Positions 19,799-27,554 of a stretch of DNA of 56,894 nt are shown here, piece by piece. Source of the DNA: an uncultured Gemmatimonadota bacterium. Lineage in GTDB: Bacteria > Blakebacterota > Blakebacteria > Blakebacterales > Blakebacteraceae. A model generated the notes under the pieces. That model worked only from the letters and a program-made list of their open reading frames with translations, did no database searches and was not told the origin of the DNA. Within the stretch, counting starts at the first letter, position 1. Each line of letters starts with the position of its first letter. The stretch spans positions 79,116 through 136,009 of the forward strand of contig CAZNUA010000003.1 of the NCBI GenBank assembly GCA_964576115.1, given 5' to 3'. The position numbers and the translations under genes were made by a program.

Positions 19799-20956
19799 AA
19801 GACGGATTATATCCCACAAGCTCAACTCCCGCGTCTGAAGAACCTCGTGACGCCGGGGAAGGTGGTCGTGGTCCATGGTCCGCGTCGCGTGGGCAAAACC
19901 ACGCTCCTCCAACATTTTGCCGCACAGGTGTCGGAGGATATCCTCTTTGTCACGGGCGAAGACATCACGGTACGCGAGTATCTGGAAAGCCAGTCGATAG
20001 CAAAGCTCACTGCATTCGTCGGATCGAGGAAGCTCCTGCTTGTCGACGAAGCGCAGTACGTACGTGAAATCGGCCGCAATCTGAAGCTGCTGGTCGACCA
20101 CCTGCCTGATCTCCGCATTGTTGCGACCGGTTCCTCTTCCTTTGACTTGGCGAATACGACCGGTGAACCGCTCACGGGCCGGAAATATTCCCTGCTTCTG
20201 CTTCCGCTTGCCCAGTTGGAGTTGAACGAAGTTGAAGCCTCTCACGAGACAGACGCAGCGCTCGAACTACGTCTTCTGTATGGCAGTTATCCCGAGGTGA
20301 TCCTGCTCAATTCCAATACGGAGCGGGAGCGCTACCTGAAGGAGCTGGTGGCCTCCTACCTGTTCAAGGATATCCTCCAACTCGAGGATGTCCGCCATGC
20401 CGACAGGCTCAGCCGGCTGCTGCAGCTGCTGGCGTTCCAGATAGGCAGTCAGATTTCCGTGGCAGAACTCGGCACACAGCTCGGAATGAGTAAAAACACG
20501 GTCGACAGGTATCTGGATCTTCTCGAGAAGGTCTTCGTGATCTACGCCCGCCGGGGTTTTTCCCGGAACCTTCGCAAGGAGATCTCAAAAAGCAGGCGCT
20601 ACTACTTCTACGACAACGGGATCCGGAATGCGTTGATCAACAATTTCAATCCGCTGTCCCTGCGCGACGATGTCGGCGCATTGTGGGAGAACTACGCGGT
20701 TACTGAACGGCTGAAGGCCAACCTCTATCTCGATCGCCAGGTCGAGAGCTACTTCTGGCGTACCTACGAGCGACAGGAAATCGACCTGATCGAAGAACGC
20801 GCCGGGCAACTGGCCGGGTTTGAGTTGAAATGGAGCCCTTCCCGGTCGACGGCGCCCCCGACGAATTGGGTCCGAGCGTACCCTGAAGCCTCATTTTCCG
20901 TTGTGCACCGGGACAATTACATGCCGTTCCTCACCCACCAGGAGAGACCGGACTGA
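19796..20956 (+). CDS. AAA_14 ATPase with DUF4143 C-terminal domain
   Basis: GPRRVGKTT, LLVDEAQ, TGSS, LTGR, YGSYPE, YYFYDNG, YFWRT...EIDL...FELK. Confidence 0.9.
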   Translation: MKTDYIPQAQLPRLKNLVTPGKVVVVHGPRRVGKTTLLQHFAAQVSEDILFVTGEDITVREYLESQSIAKLTAFVGSRKLLLVDEAQYVREIGRNLKLLVDHLPDLRIVATGSSSFDLANTTGEPLTGRKYSLLLLPLAQLELNEVEASHETDAALELRLLYGSYPEVILLNSNTERERYLKELVASYLFKDILQLEDVRHADRLSRLLQLLAFQIGSQISVAELGTQLGMSKNTVDRYLDLLEKVFVIYARRGFSRNLRKEISKSRRYYFYDNGIRNALINNFNPLSLRDDVGALWENYAVTERLKANLYLDRQVESYFWRTYERQEIDLIEERAGQLAGFELKWSPSRSTAPPTNWVRAYPEASFSVVHRDNYMPFLTHQERPD

Positions 20957-20961
20957 AGGAA

Positions 20962-20989
20962 GCAGGGGGAATCAACTCTGTTCCCCTGC
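20962..20989. terminator. Hairpin downstream of the AAA-DUF4143 gene
   Basis: GCAGGGGGAA-tcaactctg-TTCCCCTGC immediately after the stop codon; no clear U-tract. Confidence 0.4.
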
Positions 20990-21003
20990 CGCTCTATGAG
21001 ATT

Positions 21004-21072
21004 TTGCGGGCCTACTTCCGCTTCGACAGATCTCTTCTGAGCGACTTGAGCCGGGCCGCCCACCGGGCCGTG
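21004..21072 (+). pseudogene. Short relic resembling an IS91-family (Y2) transposase
   Basis: LRAYFRFDRSLLSDLSRAAHRAV resembles the segment after the HRQxVFTIP motif of IS91-like transposases (LRxYFRxDRxLLxxLxRxA). Only about 23 codons remain. Confidence 0.45.
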
Positions 21073-21110
21073 GCAGGGTGCCGGAAGAGCGTGAAATATG
21101 ACCGGCGATC

Positions 21111-21464
21111 TCAGGCGTGGTGGCAGAGATCCAGGAAGAGCTCCAATCCCTGGTCGATGGAGGTCAATTCCCTTTCGGAAAGCTGCCCGAACAGCCGGCG
21201 CACCCGGCGCTTGTCGATCGTGCGGATCTGATCCACGAGGGCGTAGGAGGTCTTCGAGAGACCGCTGTGACCGGGTGCCAGTCGTGGATAGAGGGCTCCC
21301 TCACCCGCCGTTCCGGTAACGGGGACGACCGCGATGAGGGGATAGCGCTGATCTTCGTTCACTGCCTGATTGCTGATGACGACACAGGGACGCGTGCCGC
21401 GCTGTTCGTGACCGACTGTGGGATCGAGAGCTGCGAGGACCACCGTACCCCTGACCAGGTTCAT
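21111..21464 (-). CDS. mazF: Type II toxin, PemK/MazF family endoribonuclease
   Basis: RGTVVLAALDPTVGHEQRGTRPCVVIS, VVPVT, DQIRTIDKRR; ATGA overlap with the antitoxin stop. Confidence 0.92.
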   Translation of the reverse strand: MNLVRGTVVLAALDPTVGHEQRGTRPCVVISNQAVNEDQRYPLIAVVPVTGTAGEGALYPRLAPGHSGLSKTSYALVDQIRTIDKRRVRRLFGQLSERELTSIDQGLELFLDLCHHA

Positions 21465-21766
21465 GGAGTCTCCTCCTCCCAGCCCCTCCCGTCGATCCAC
21501 CGGACTTCGGTTCCGGCGGCGGTATCCACCAGCCCATCGTCTGTGTCCGGCAGACGCGAATCCCATTCACCCATCCCCGATTCGGCCACGACCAGGGAGT
21601 CGGGGTGAGGATGAGTCAGTGAGCGGAGCAGATCCGCCCGGCGTCGGCGATCGATCTCGTTCTGCACAGCTTCGGAGACGAACCGGCTCCGATTGGTCTC
21701 GAACTGGTCGATGCTCCTGATCAACTCGGAGGGCAGCGTCACGGTCACGCGTGCGGTACCTGGCAT
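21461..21766 (-). CDS. Ribbon-helix-helix antitoxin
   Basis: ARVTVTLPSELIRSID...NRSRFVSEAV RHH pattern, acidic C-terminus, RBS GGAGGT; immediately upstream of mazF. Confidence 0.85.
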   Translation of the reverse strand: MPGTARVTVTLPSELIRSIDQFETNRSRFVSEAVQNEIDRRRRADLLRSLTHPHPDSLVVAESGMGEWDSRLPDTDDGLVDTAAGTEVRWIDGRGWEEETP

Positions 21767-21776
21767 GATGACCTCC

Positions 21777-21813
21777 AGTATGCGGATAAGTATGCTCATA
21801 CTATATTGCATAC
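21777..21813. promoter_or_regulatory. TA operon autoregulatory operator
   Basis: AGTATG-CT-CATACT palindrome (21789-21802), with further AGTATG (21777) and CATAC (21809) half-sites in an AT-rich promoter region. Confidence 0.6.
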
Positions 21814-21851
21814 ATATCAAATAGAAAATGAAGGATCTGATCATTCTCCGA

Positions 21852-21927
21852 TCACGATGATCTCGTCGGCGAAGATCCAGCTGGCACCGCCGTGACCGGT
21901 GTGCCAGTCGGGACATGTTTTGCGGTT
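21852..21927 (-). repeat. Direct repeat B, relic copy of the 3' end of the DUF4838 gene
   Basis: 76 bp; 73/76 identical to 27560-27635 (first 61 bp exact). Reads NRKTCPDWHTGHGGASWIFADEIIV-IGE*, with its own stop at 21841. Confidence 0.92.
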
Positions 21928-21930
21928 AGT

Positions 21931-22134
21931 CTCAAGTTCTTCAAAGTCCTCAGCAACGCCGAAGCTGGGAGAATTATCTTCACCTCGCCGGTTAGTGCTT
22001 TCCTAGCTCTTGACATGACTCTGAACGGTGACAATGGCGAGACTTATGCGGCCATATAGGAGACGCTCGAACTCGCCACTCTGATCGACGATGCCTGCCG
22101 TAACTTCATCGATCTGCTGGATGGGCTCGATCCT
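21931..22134 (+). pseudogene. Degenerate serpin N-terminal fragment
   Basis: Manual translation LKFFKVLSNAEAGRIIFTSPVSAFLALDMTLNGDNGETYAAI*ETLEL...RNFIDLLDGLDP matches the serpin pattern N-x-F-x-SPxS-x3-AL-x-MT-x-NGA-x-GET. In-frame TAG at 22057-22059; no start codon and no reactive-centre loop. Confidence 0.7.
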
Positions 22135-22338
22135 CTTCATGGGGAAGATCACGGGATTGTGAGATGTGCAGTGGTTCATATTGGGAGGAAAATCATTTTG
22201 ACCCGATCAAAGCCGTAGCGATAAAATCGACTCTGCATTCCCGGCTGCTCTCAATAGAGCGCACCACTACTAGGTTCTCCCCACCTTCTCTTTCCGAGCA
22301 GTCGACGGCGAATACCGATGCTCATCGGAGGGAAAGGG

Positions 22339-22626
22339 ATGAATTCTGAAGAAATAATCAAGCTTTACGATGCCCTCGACGAAAAAGAGAAAGAAGAGGT
22401 CAGAAAGCAAATTCGGGCGATACCAGACCCGTCCAAGAAAGTGGCCGGGGCTCTCTGGATCATCGTCGTTAGCTGTTTCTCCTTCGCACTGCTCGGCGGT
22501 ATTGTCCTGACCTTCTTCCTGATAACCGGAGATCACCCCACCGATGTATTCGTCCCGATCGTAACGACCATACTCGGCGCTCTGGCTGGTTTTTTCGCTC
22601 AGACAAAGACAGCAGAAGATGGTTGA
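22339..22626 (+). CDS. Small two-TM membrane protein, unknown function
   Basis: Purine-rich RBS, charged N-terminus, two hydrophobic helices (ALWIIVVSCFSFALLGGIVLTFFLI; VFVPIVTTILGALAGFFA). Confidence 0.7.
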   Translation: MNSEEIIKLYDALDEKEKEEVRKQIRAIPDPSKKVAGALWIIVVSCFSFALLGGIVLTFFLITGDHPTDVFVPIVTTILGALAGFFAQTKTAEDG

Positions 22627-22823
22627 TCGTCAACAATCATCACAACACGTACTTGTTCACCATCCCAACGGTAACCTGATGGTACCTCTTCGCGAACGAT
22701 TCCATGACAGCACCTGTTCCGCTTGGGTACCGGTACGGATGGGGTGATAGGTGGAGCGTCTTCCCTCATCGTAGAGAGGGATTGTTCCACCAAACGGATC
22801 TAGGCTCGAGCATGGAGGATGAC

Positions 22824-23318
22824 ATGAATAATGACGACATCTGCGGAAGACAGGCAGGTACCCGACAGAAGAATACTCTTATCGAGTACTACTTCAGACG
22901 GGTTGGTTGCAGTTTCCCCGACCGATATCAGAGGACGTCGTTTCCCGCCTACACCGACATCGTACACTTGATCGAGTACGTGCTCAGCAAGAGGATGGGT
23001 GACGGTACCACTGAGGGCGAGGAAAATCATCCAGTAGTAATGGGGAATCTGGCGATGGAGATAGCAGCCGCGACAGACCACGGCGACATCGTCGCGGCTC
23101 TTTGCCGGTTCATCATGGATGTCATCAACAATGTCGGTCCCTACATCATGAACTGTCCGGACAGCTGCGATCCGCAACTGATAGCGTGTCTCGGCCATAT
23201 GGAAATCGAGCCGGCAGGGTGGCAGAGTGGGGGAGAGATAATCTGGTGCCCGTATCCTCCGAAGCCGGGACTGATGGACTCCGATTTTTGTCATCCGCCA
23301 GATCCACCCCAACAGTGA
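22824..23318 (+). CDS. Hypothetical Cys/Pro-rich protein
   Basis: RBS GGAGGA at 22814-22819; ORF fills the gap and converges on the kinase; no family recognised. Confidence 0.55.
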   Translation: MNNDDICGRQAGTRQKNTLIEYYFRRVGCSFPDRYQRTSFPAYTDIVHLIEYVLSKRMGDGTTEGEENHPVVMGNLAMEIAAATDHGDIVAALCRFIMDVINNVGPYIMNCPDSCDPQLIACLGHMEIEPAGWQSGGEIIWCPYPPKPGLMDSDFCHPPDPPQQ

Positions 23319-23350
23319 ACTGACGGCAGGCGATCAGATAGTATCAAAGG

Positions 23351-26011
23351 CTAGTGCAGTTTCTGCGGCAGGGTCATCCAGCGCAGTTCGCCGCGGCGTT
23401 CCATCATGAAGAGGGTGATCAGGGCTTTCGGTGTAGCTGCGATGGATCTGCCGTAGCCAAGATCCCAGGCACCTGGGGGTAGACCGGCCACAGGTTCCGG
23501 GCGGATCGTCATCTGTGAGGGATCGTGCCAATTTTGCAGAGAGAAGATCTGCGTTCCGTCCAGGAAGAACACGGTGCTGCCCGAGGGATCGAGCGCTGGT
23601 GCCCTCCCGGAAGCGATCGTACGGGAGTGGCCATCCGGAAGTGACAGGACGAGGAGACTGTCCTGCCCCCCCCGGCGCTGTTGAAAGAGGATCGCATCTT
23701 CGCCGGGGCTCGGGAGCGGAGCGTATATCTGACCTCCGACGTACAGGGTTTCGACAGATCTCACTGTAAGACCACGCCCTGAACGGTCAAGCATTGCCCG
23801 TCGGATTCCCTTCCGGGCGCCGCCGGTCTGCAACTCGGTGAAGTAGACTGTTTGACCATCCTGGCCCCAACAGGGATCGTCTATGTAACCGCCGTTTTCA
23901 GGGTGCTCGAGAAGGAGTCCGATGCTCTCGTTCAACGTATCGTACCAGAACAGACCGGCCTCCTCCCCATGCTGGGCGATAAAGAGGATGAATCTCCCGG
24001 TAGAGGGATCGATCGTCGGATACCATTCATTCTGATAGCCGGGATTGGAACGGTGGGCTGGTTGGAGGTGACGCAAGCGTGTATCAGCCCGATATATCCG
24101 CATTCCTTCGATACAGGCACGGGCGGCGAAATATACAGCATCCTCGGTCGGGGAGTAAGAGGGAGAGAAGATTTCCATGAACGGCAGTTCGATCCGCCGG
24201 AAGCCCGTATTCCGTGAGAGAGGAGTACGGAACAGCTGGAGGGCCCGACTCGTGGTGACGAAGACGATGCGGTTTGTTGCCTCGTGGATATCAAAGGAGG
24301 TTACCGGCTCATCAAGTCCGAGGGACTGGATCTTCCCCTCGATTCCACCGACGGCATCGAGACGCACCCAGTGCAGGTCAGCCTGGTGAGCGGACTTGAA
24401 GACGAGGATATGGGCGTCTTCTATCCATTGGAGATTCTGAGGGCAGTAAGCTCTGCTGATTAGTATCTGTGGTACCCCACCCGAGCGGGGAATGCAGTAG
24501 GCTCCGAGATTCTGCCCGCCGCTGTCCAGGGTACAAAACACGATGCTCGAATCGGAACAGACATACTCGGGGCAGTAGATTCCTCCAGAAGCGAAATTAG
24601 GTTGGGATTGATCAATGGGTACGACACGGGGTACGTGGAAATCAGCCGATATCCCGGTGACCGAATGTATCGGCCCTACAACATGCAGTTCAGCTTGCCC
24701 GCCGGTGCCGACTGAAGGGTAGAGGAGATGTAGGCTGTCCTGTGACCAGGTCGGGCGTCCGATCGAACGATCGGACAAGGTAACCGTAGAATCATTTTCG
24801 AAAAAATGGATGTAACAGGTGTTCTCACTGGCGATTGCAAGTTTTGATCCGTCCGGTGCCCATCGTAGGGAAACGATTGGCGGATGGACGGGTAATCTTA
24901 CCGGGACAGGCTCGCCGGGCGAGTCTTCGACGGACCGGATCCATATCGAGTTGCCGCCGTCCGTCAGGTAGGCAATACGTTCACCCGTTTCGTTCCAGAC
25001 CGGAGAGTCTTCCCGAGCCAGGGCAGCCCACGTTTCTCCCGGTCTGACTCGACCGTAGAGACCCCCCCAGACCAGTAAAACGAATGTCAGGACAATGCCG
25101 GTGAAGATCCCGATGATCGCCGGTTTCCTGCCGGTAAACCGGGCGTGACGCCGCGGCGTGACGGAGAGGAGATCGGTGTAGCGGGTAGTATCGACACCGC
25201 TGGCGCGGAGTATTTTCTGCAGCTCCACGAGTGCTACCGTACCGTTGGCGAATCGGGCGTCGGGTTGTTTCTGCAGACATGTTTCCAGGAAGTCATTAAT
25301 CCCCGGCAGAGCCTCTTCAACGTCAGTCGATACTTGCGGGGAAGGATCGGAGAGAACGCGATAGGCGATGGCAGCGATATTTTCGCCGGTAAAGGGCTGT
25401 CGACCCATTAGAATTTCATGAGCCACGACACCAAGTGTCCAGATATCGGACGATGCGACCGCCTCTTCGCCCCTGAATGCTTCCGGTGACATATATGCCG
25501 CGGTTCCCTTGATTTCCCCTGCAAGTGTGAGCGTGGTGCTGCCGGATACTTTCGCCAGGCCGAAATCGGTGACCTTCACCGAGCCATTCCTGGTAACGAG
25601 GATGTTCCCGGGTTTGAGGTCACGGTGGATTATGCCGCAGGCGTGTGCTTCACTCAGCGCGCTGGTTATCTGCATGATGATGATCATCCGTTCCTCATAT
25701 GAGGGAGCGGTATCGATCAGGTAGGTATCGAGGGTCTGCCCCTCGATGTACTCCAGGACGAGGAAAGAGTGTTCCTCCGCGATCTCTAACCCCAGAAGAG
25801 AAGCGATGTGGGCGTGGGATAACCGTGCCTGAGTACGGGCCTCCTTCAGAAGCCGCGTTCGTGCTTCCTCCAGATTCATAAAGCCGGGTTGGAGGAATTT
25901 CAGAGTGCGAAAGATTTGGAGATTAGTGTCGAGTGCTTTGTATACCGCCCCCATCGCTCCCTGCCCGAGCAGCTCGAGTACTTCATACTGCTTGATTCTT
26001 TTTCCTATCAT
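23351..26011 (-). CDS. Hanks-type Ser/Thr kinase with TM helix and extracytoplasmic TolB-like beta-propeller
   Basis: GQGAMGAV, HRDLKPGN, DFG, YMSPE, DIWTLG; TM (AIIGIFTGIVLTFVLLVWG); PD40-like repeats (SPVW, LRWAPDG, PTWSQD, PSYSP, PCWGQDG). Confidence 0.9.
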   Translation of the reverse strand: MIGKRIKQYEVLELLGQGAMGAVYKALDTNLQIFRTLKFLQPGFMNLEEARTRLLKEARTQARLSHAHIASLLGLEIAEEHSFLVLEYIEGQTLDTYLIDTAPSYEERMIIIMQITSALSEAHACGIIHRDLKPGNILVTRNGSVKVTDFGLAKVSGSTTLTLAGEIKGTAAYMSPEAFRGEEAVASSDIWTLGVVAHEILMGRQPFTGENIAAIAYRVLSDPSPQVSTDVEEALPGINDFLETCLQKQPDARFANGTVALVELQKILRASGVDTTRYTDLLSVTPRRHARFTGRKPAIIGIFTGIVLTFVLLVWGGLYGRVRPGETWAALAREDSPVWNETGERIAYLTDGGNSIWIRSVEDSPGEPVPVRLPVHPPIVSLRWAPDGSKLAIASENTCYIHFFENDSTVTLSDRSIGRPTWSQDSLHLLYPSVGTGGQAELHVVGPIHSVTGISADFHVPRVVPIDQSQPNFASGGIYCPEYVCSDSSIVFCTLDSGGQNLGAYCIPRSGGVPQILISRAYCPQNLQWIEDAHILVFKSAHQADLHWVRLDAVGGIEGKIQSLGLDEPVTSFDIHEATNRIVFVTTSRALQLFRTPLSRNTGFRRIELPFMEIFSPSYSPTEDAVYFAARACIEGMRIYRADTRLRHLQPAHRSNPGYQNEWYPTIDPSTGRFILFIAQHGEEAGLFWYDTLNESIGLLLEHPENGGYIDDPCWGQDGQTVYFTELQTGGARKGIRRAMLDRSGRGLTVRSVETLYVGGQIYAPLPSPGEDAILFQQRRGGQDSLLVLSLPDGHSRTIASGRAPALDPSGSTVFFLDGTQIFSLQNWHDPSQMTIRPEPVAGLPPGAWDLGYGRSIAATPKALITLFMMERRGELRWMTLPQKLH

Positions 26012-26033
26012 GGATGTGTAGCGGGCCCTGACC

Positions 26034-27236
26034 TCATGGTGTCAGCCAGAGCTTGACCGCGTGGTCGAATTCATGAGAATCGAGGGATTTCCATTCCATG
26101 CTCATCGCATCTCCGTCATCCTCAACCCGGGCCGGATCAAAGACGTACAATCCGAATGCCGGGGCGATGCCCGAATCCGGAGCGGTCTCCAACCAGAAAT
26201 AGGTACTGATGGTGGAGCCGGTCACGGCTACTGAGTGGCTGTCCTGGCCGTTATTCGTTGCGGGTCTCCAGTAGGTCAGGAGAGCGGGACGGTTCTCGAT
26301 AATCTCTCCATGCAGGAAACTCCAGGTGGGGTCATCGGTATGGTAAGCCTCAAGGTGTTCGCTGCTTAATTTACTGATGTGGTCGGGCAGCTCTTTATGA
26401 AGATTAAGTTGGAAGCCTTTCTCATTAGTAACGTCAAGATCATCCGCAATCTCTTCCTGGCTGAGATTAATGCGATACCAATCCAGAAGCATCTGAAGGG
26501 TGGCGATAGTACACCATGGATCATTGCTAACTTTACGGCGTTCGAAACATCTGTGTGTCATGTGCCCCGGCCGGTAGCAGATATAGAAATACCTCGGGAG
26601 GCTGGCAACGCTGGAAACTGGCAGGTTGAATATCCGTGCGAATATGTTTGGATTCAGACGGAGCAACGAGACGGGACGACGAATCATCGCCAGCCTGTCC
26701 TGCCAGGCTTTTAAGTGTTCAAAGAAGCGCCTGGATGTTTTCAGCGGAAAACACTGCTGATGGAAGTCGATATACGACCATTCACTGATCGGAGTGCGCC
26801 TGCTGCCCAGTTCTACGGATCGGATTGTTTTACCGTCTTTGATATAGTGCAGAGAGATTCGCGGGAAATCGTGAGCCACGAAGCGGGTGCTGTCGAAGTC
26901 AGGGCGGGTGCGACGCCCACTCTGGACCTCCCTGATTACCTCATCACGGATGTGATCCTCCTGCCAGGTTCTCCCCACGCAGAATGATATCAGCGGGACC
27001 TGGAATCCGGGGTACCGTGCGATATCGGCGAATCCGACATGCCGCCGGGCATTGAGAATGGGGACACGGTAGAAGAGAATCTCTCCATTCAAGTCATAGA
27101 TGGATGTTATCCGGGAAGCAATCTTACAATCGGTCAGGTTCTCGATAACATTCTGTGGCAACAGGCGGTTGTACATCATCAGGTTCAATTCCAGTGATGC
27201 ATAGATGCCAGCTTTAGCAATAGTCATACCGGGCAT
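26034..27236 (-). CDS. Protein with C-terminal papain-like C39-type cysteine peptidase domain
   Basis: WCTIATLQMLLDWY...SQEEIA (Cys), SHSVAVTG (His), VFDP (Asp); RBS AGGAG 6 nt before ATG 27236. Confidence 0.65.
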   Translation of the reverse strand: MPGMTIAKAGIYASLELNLMMYNRLLPQNVIENLTDCKIASRITSIYDLNGEILFYRVPILNARRHVGFADIARYPGFQVPLISFCVGRTWQEDHIRDEVIREVQSGRRTRPDFDSTRFVAHDFPRISLHYIKDGKTIRSVELGSRRTPISEWSYIDFHQQCFPLKTSRRFFEHLKAWQDRLAMIRRPVSLLRLNPNIFARIFNLPVSSVASLPRYFYICYRPGHMTHRCFERRKVSNDPWCTIATLQMLLDWYRINLSQEEIADDLDVTNEKGFQLNLHKELPDHISKLSSEHLEAYHTDDPTWSFLHGEIIENRPALLTYWRPATNNGQDSHSVAVTGSTISTYFWLETAPDSGIAPAFGLYVFDPARVEDDGDAMSMEWKSLDSHEFDHAVKLWLTP

Positions 27237-27451
27237 GTTCAACTCCTGTCTGAGTGTTACGTCTCGGATCTGAGTATCATGATCGGTAGTCAGAGGTAGT
27301 GGTTGATTGAAGTGCGAGGGAAGAATCCTGACTCAGTGGTGACCAGTATAGCCGAGGTTTATATTCCTTGGAATGTATTTCGGGCAAGCCTGGGTGCTCA
27401 GTCACCAGCATTCTATCTGGGAAGCTGTGAACCGAACTGTTAGTCGCCCGA

Positions 27452-27533
27452 GACGACCGCCCTGGCCAGTCTTGTACCCGCCCGGCGGGCGACCGGGGTG
27501 GATCCGGTGACGGTATTGCGGCGCGAGTGAGGA
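27452..27533 (+). repeat. Direct repeat A, copy 2 (relic permease 3' end)
   Basis: Encodes TTALASLVPARRATGVDPVTVLRRE* versus TTALACFVPARRATGVDPVTVLRRE* in the intact gene. Confidence 0.9.
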
Positions 27534-27554
27534 CTCCCCGCACCGGAGCGGTCC

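Noticed and set aside
21920-27450. Integron cassette array (GTTAGT motifs near 21925, 21991 and 27439)
   Set aside because: The motifs do not fit GTTRRRY, no paired attC stems were found, gene orientations are mixed, and there is no integrase.
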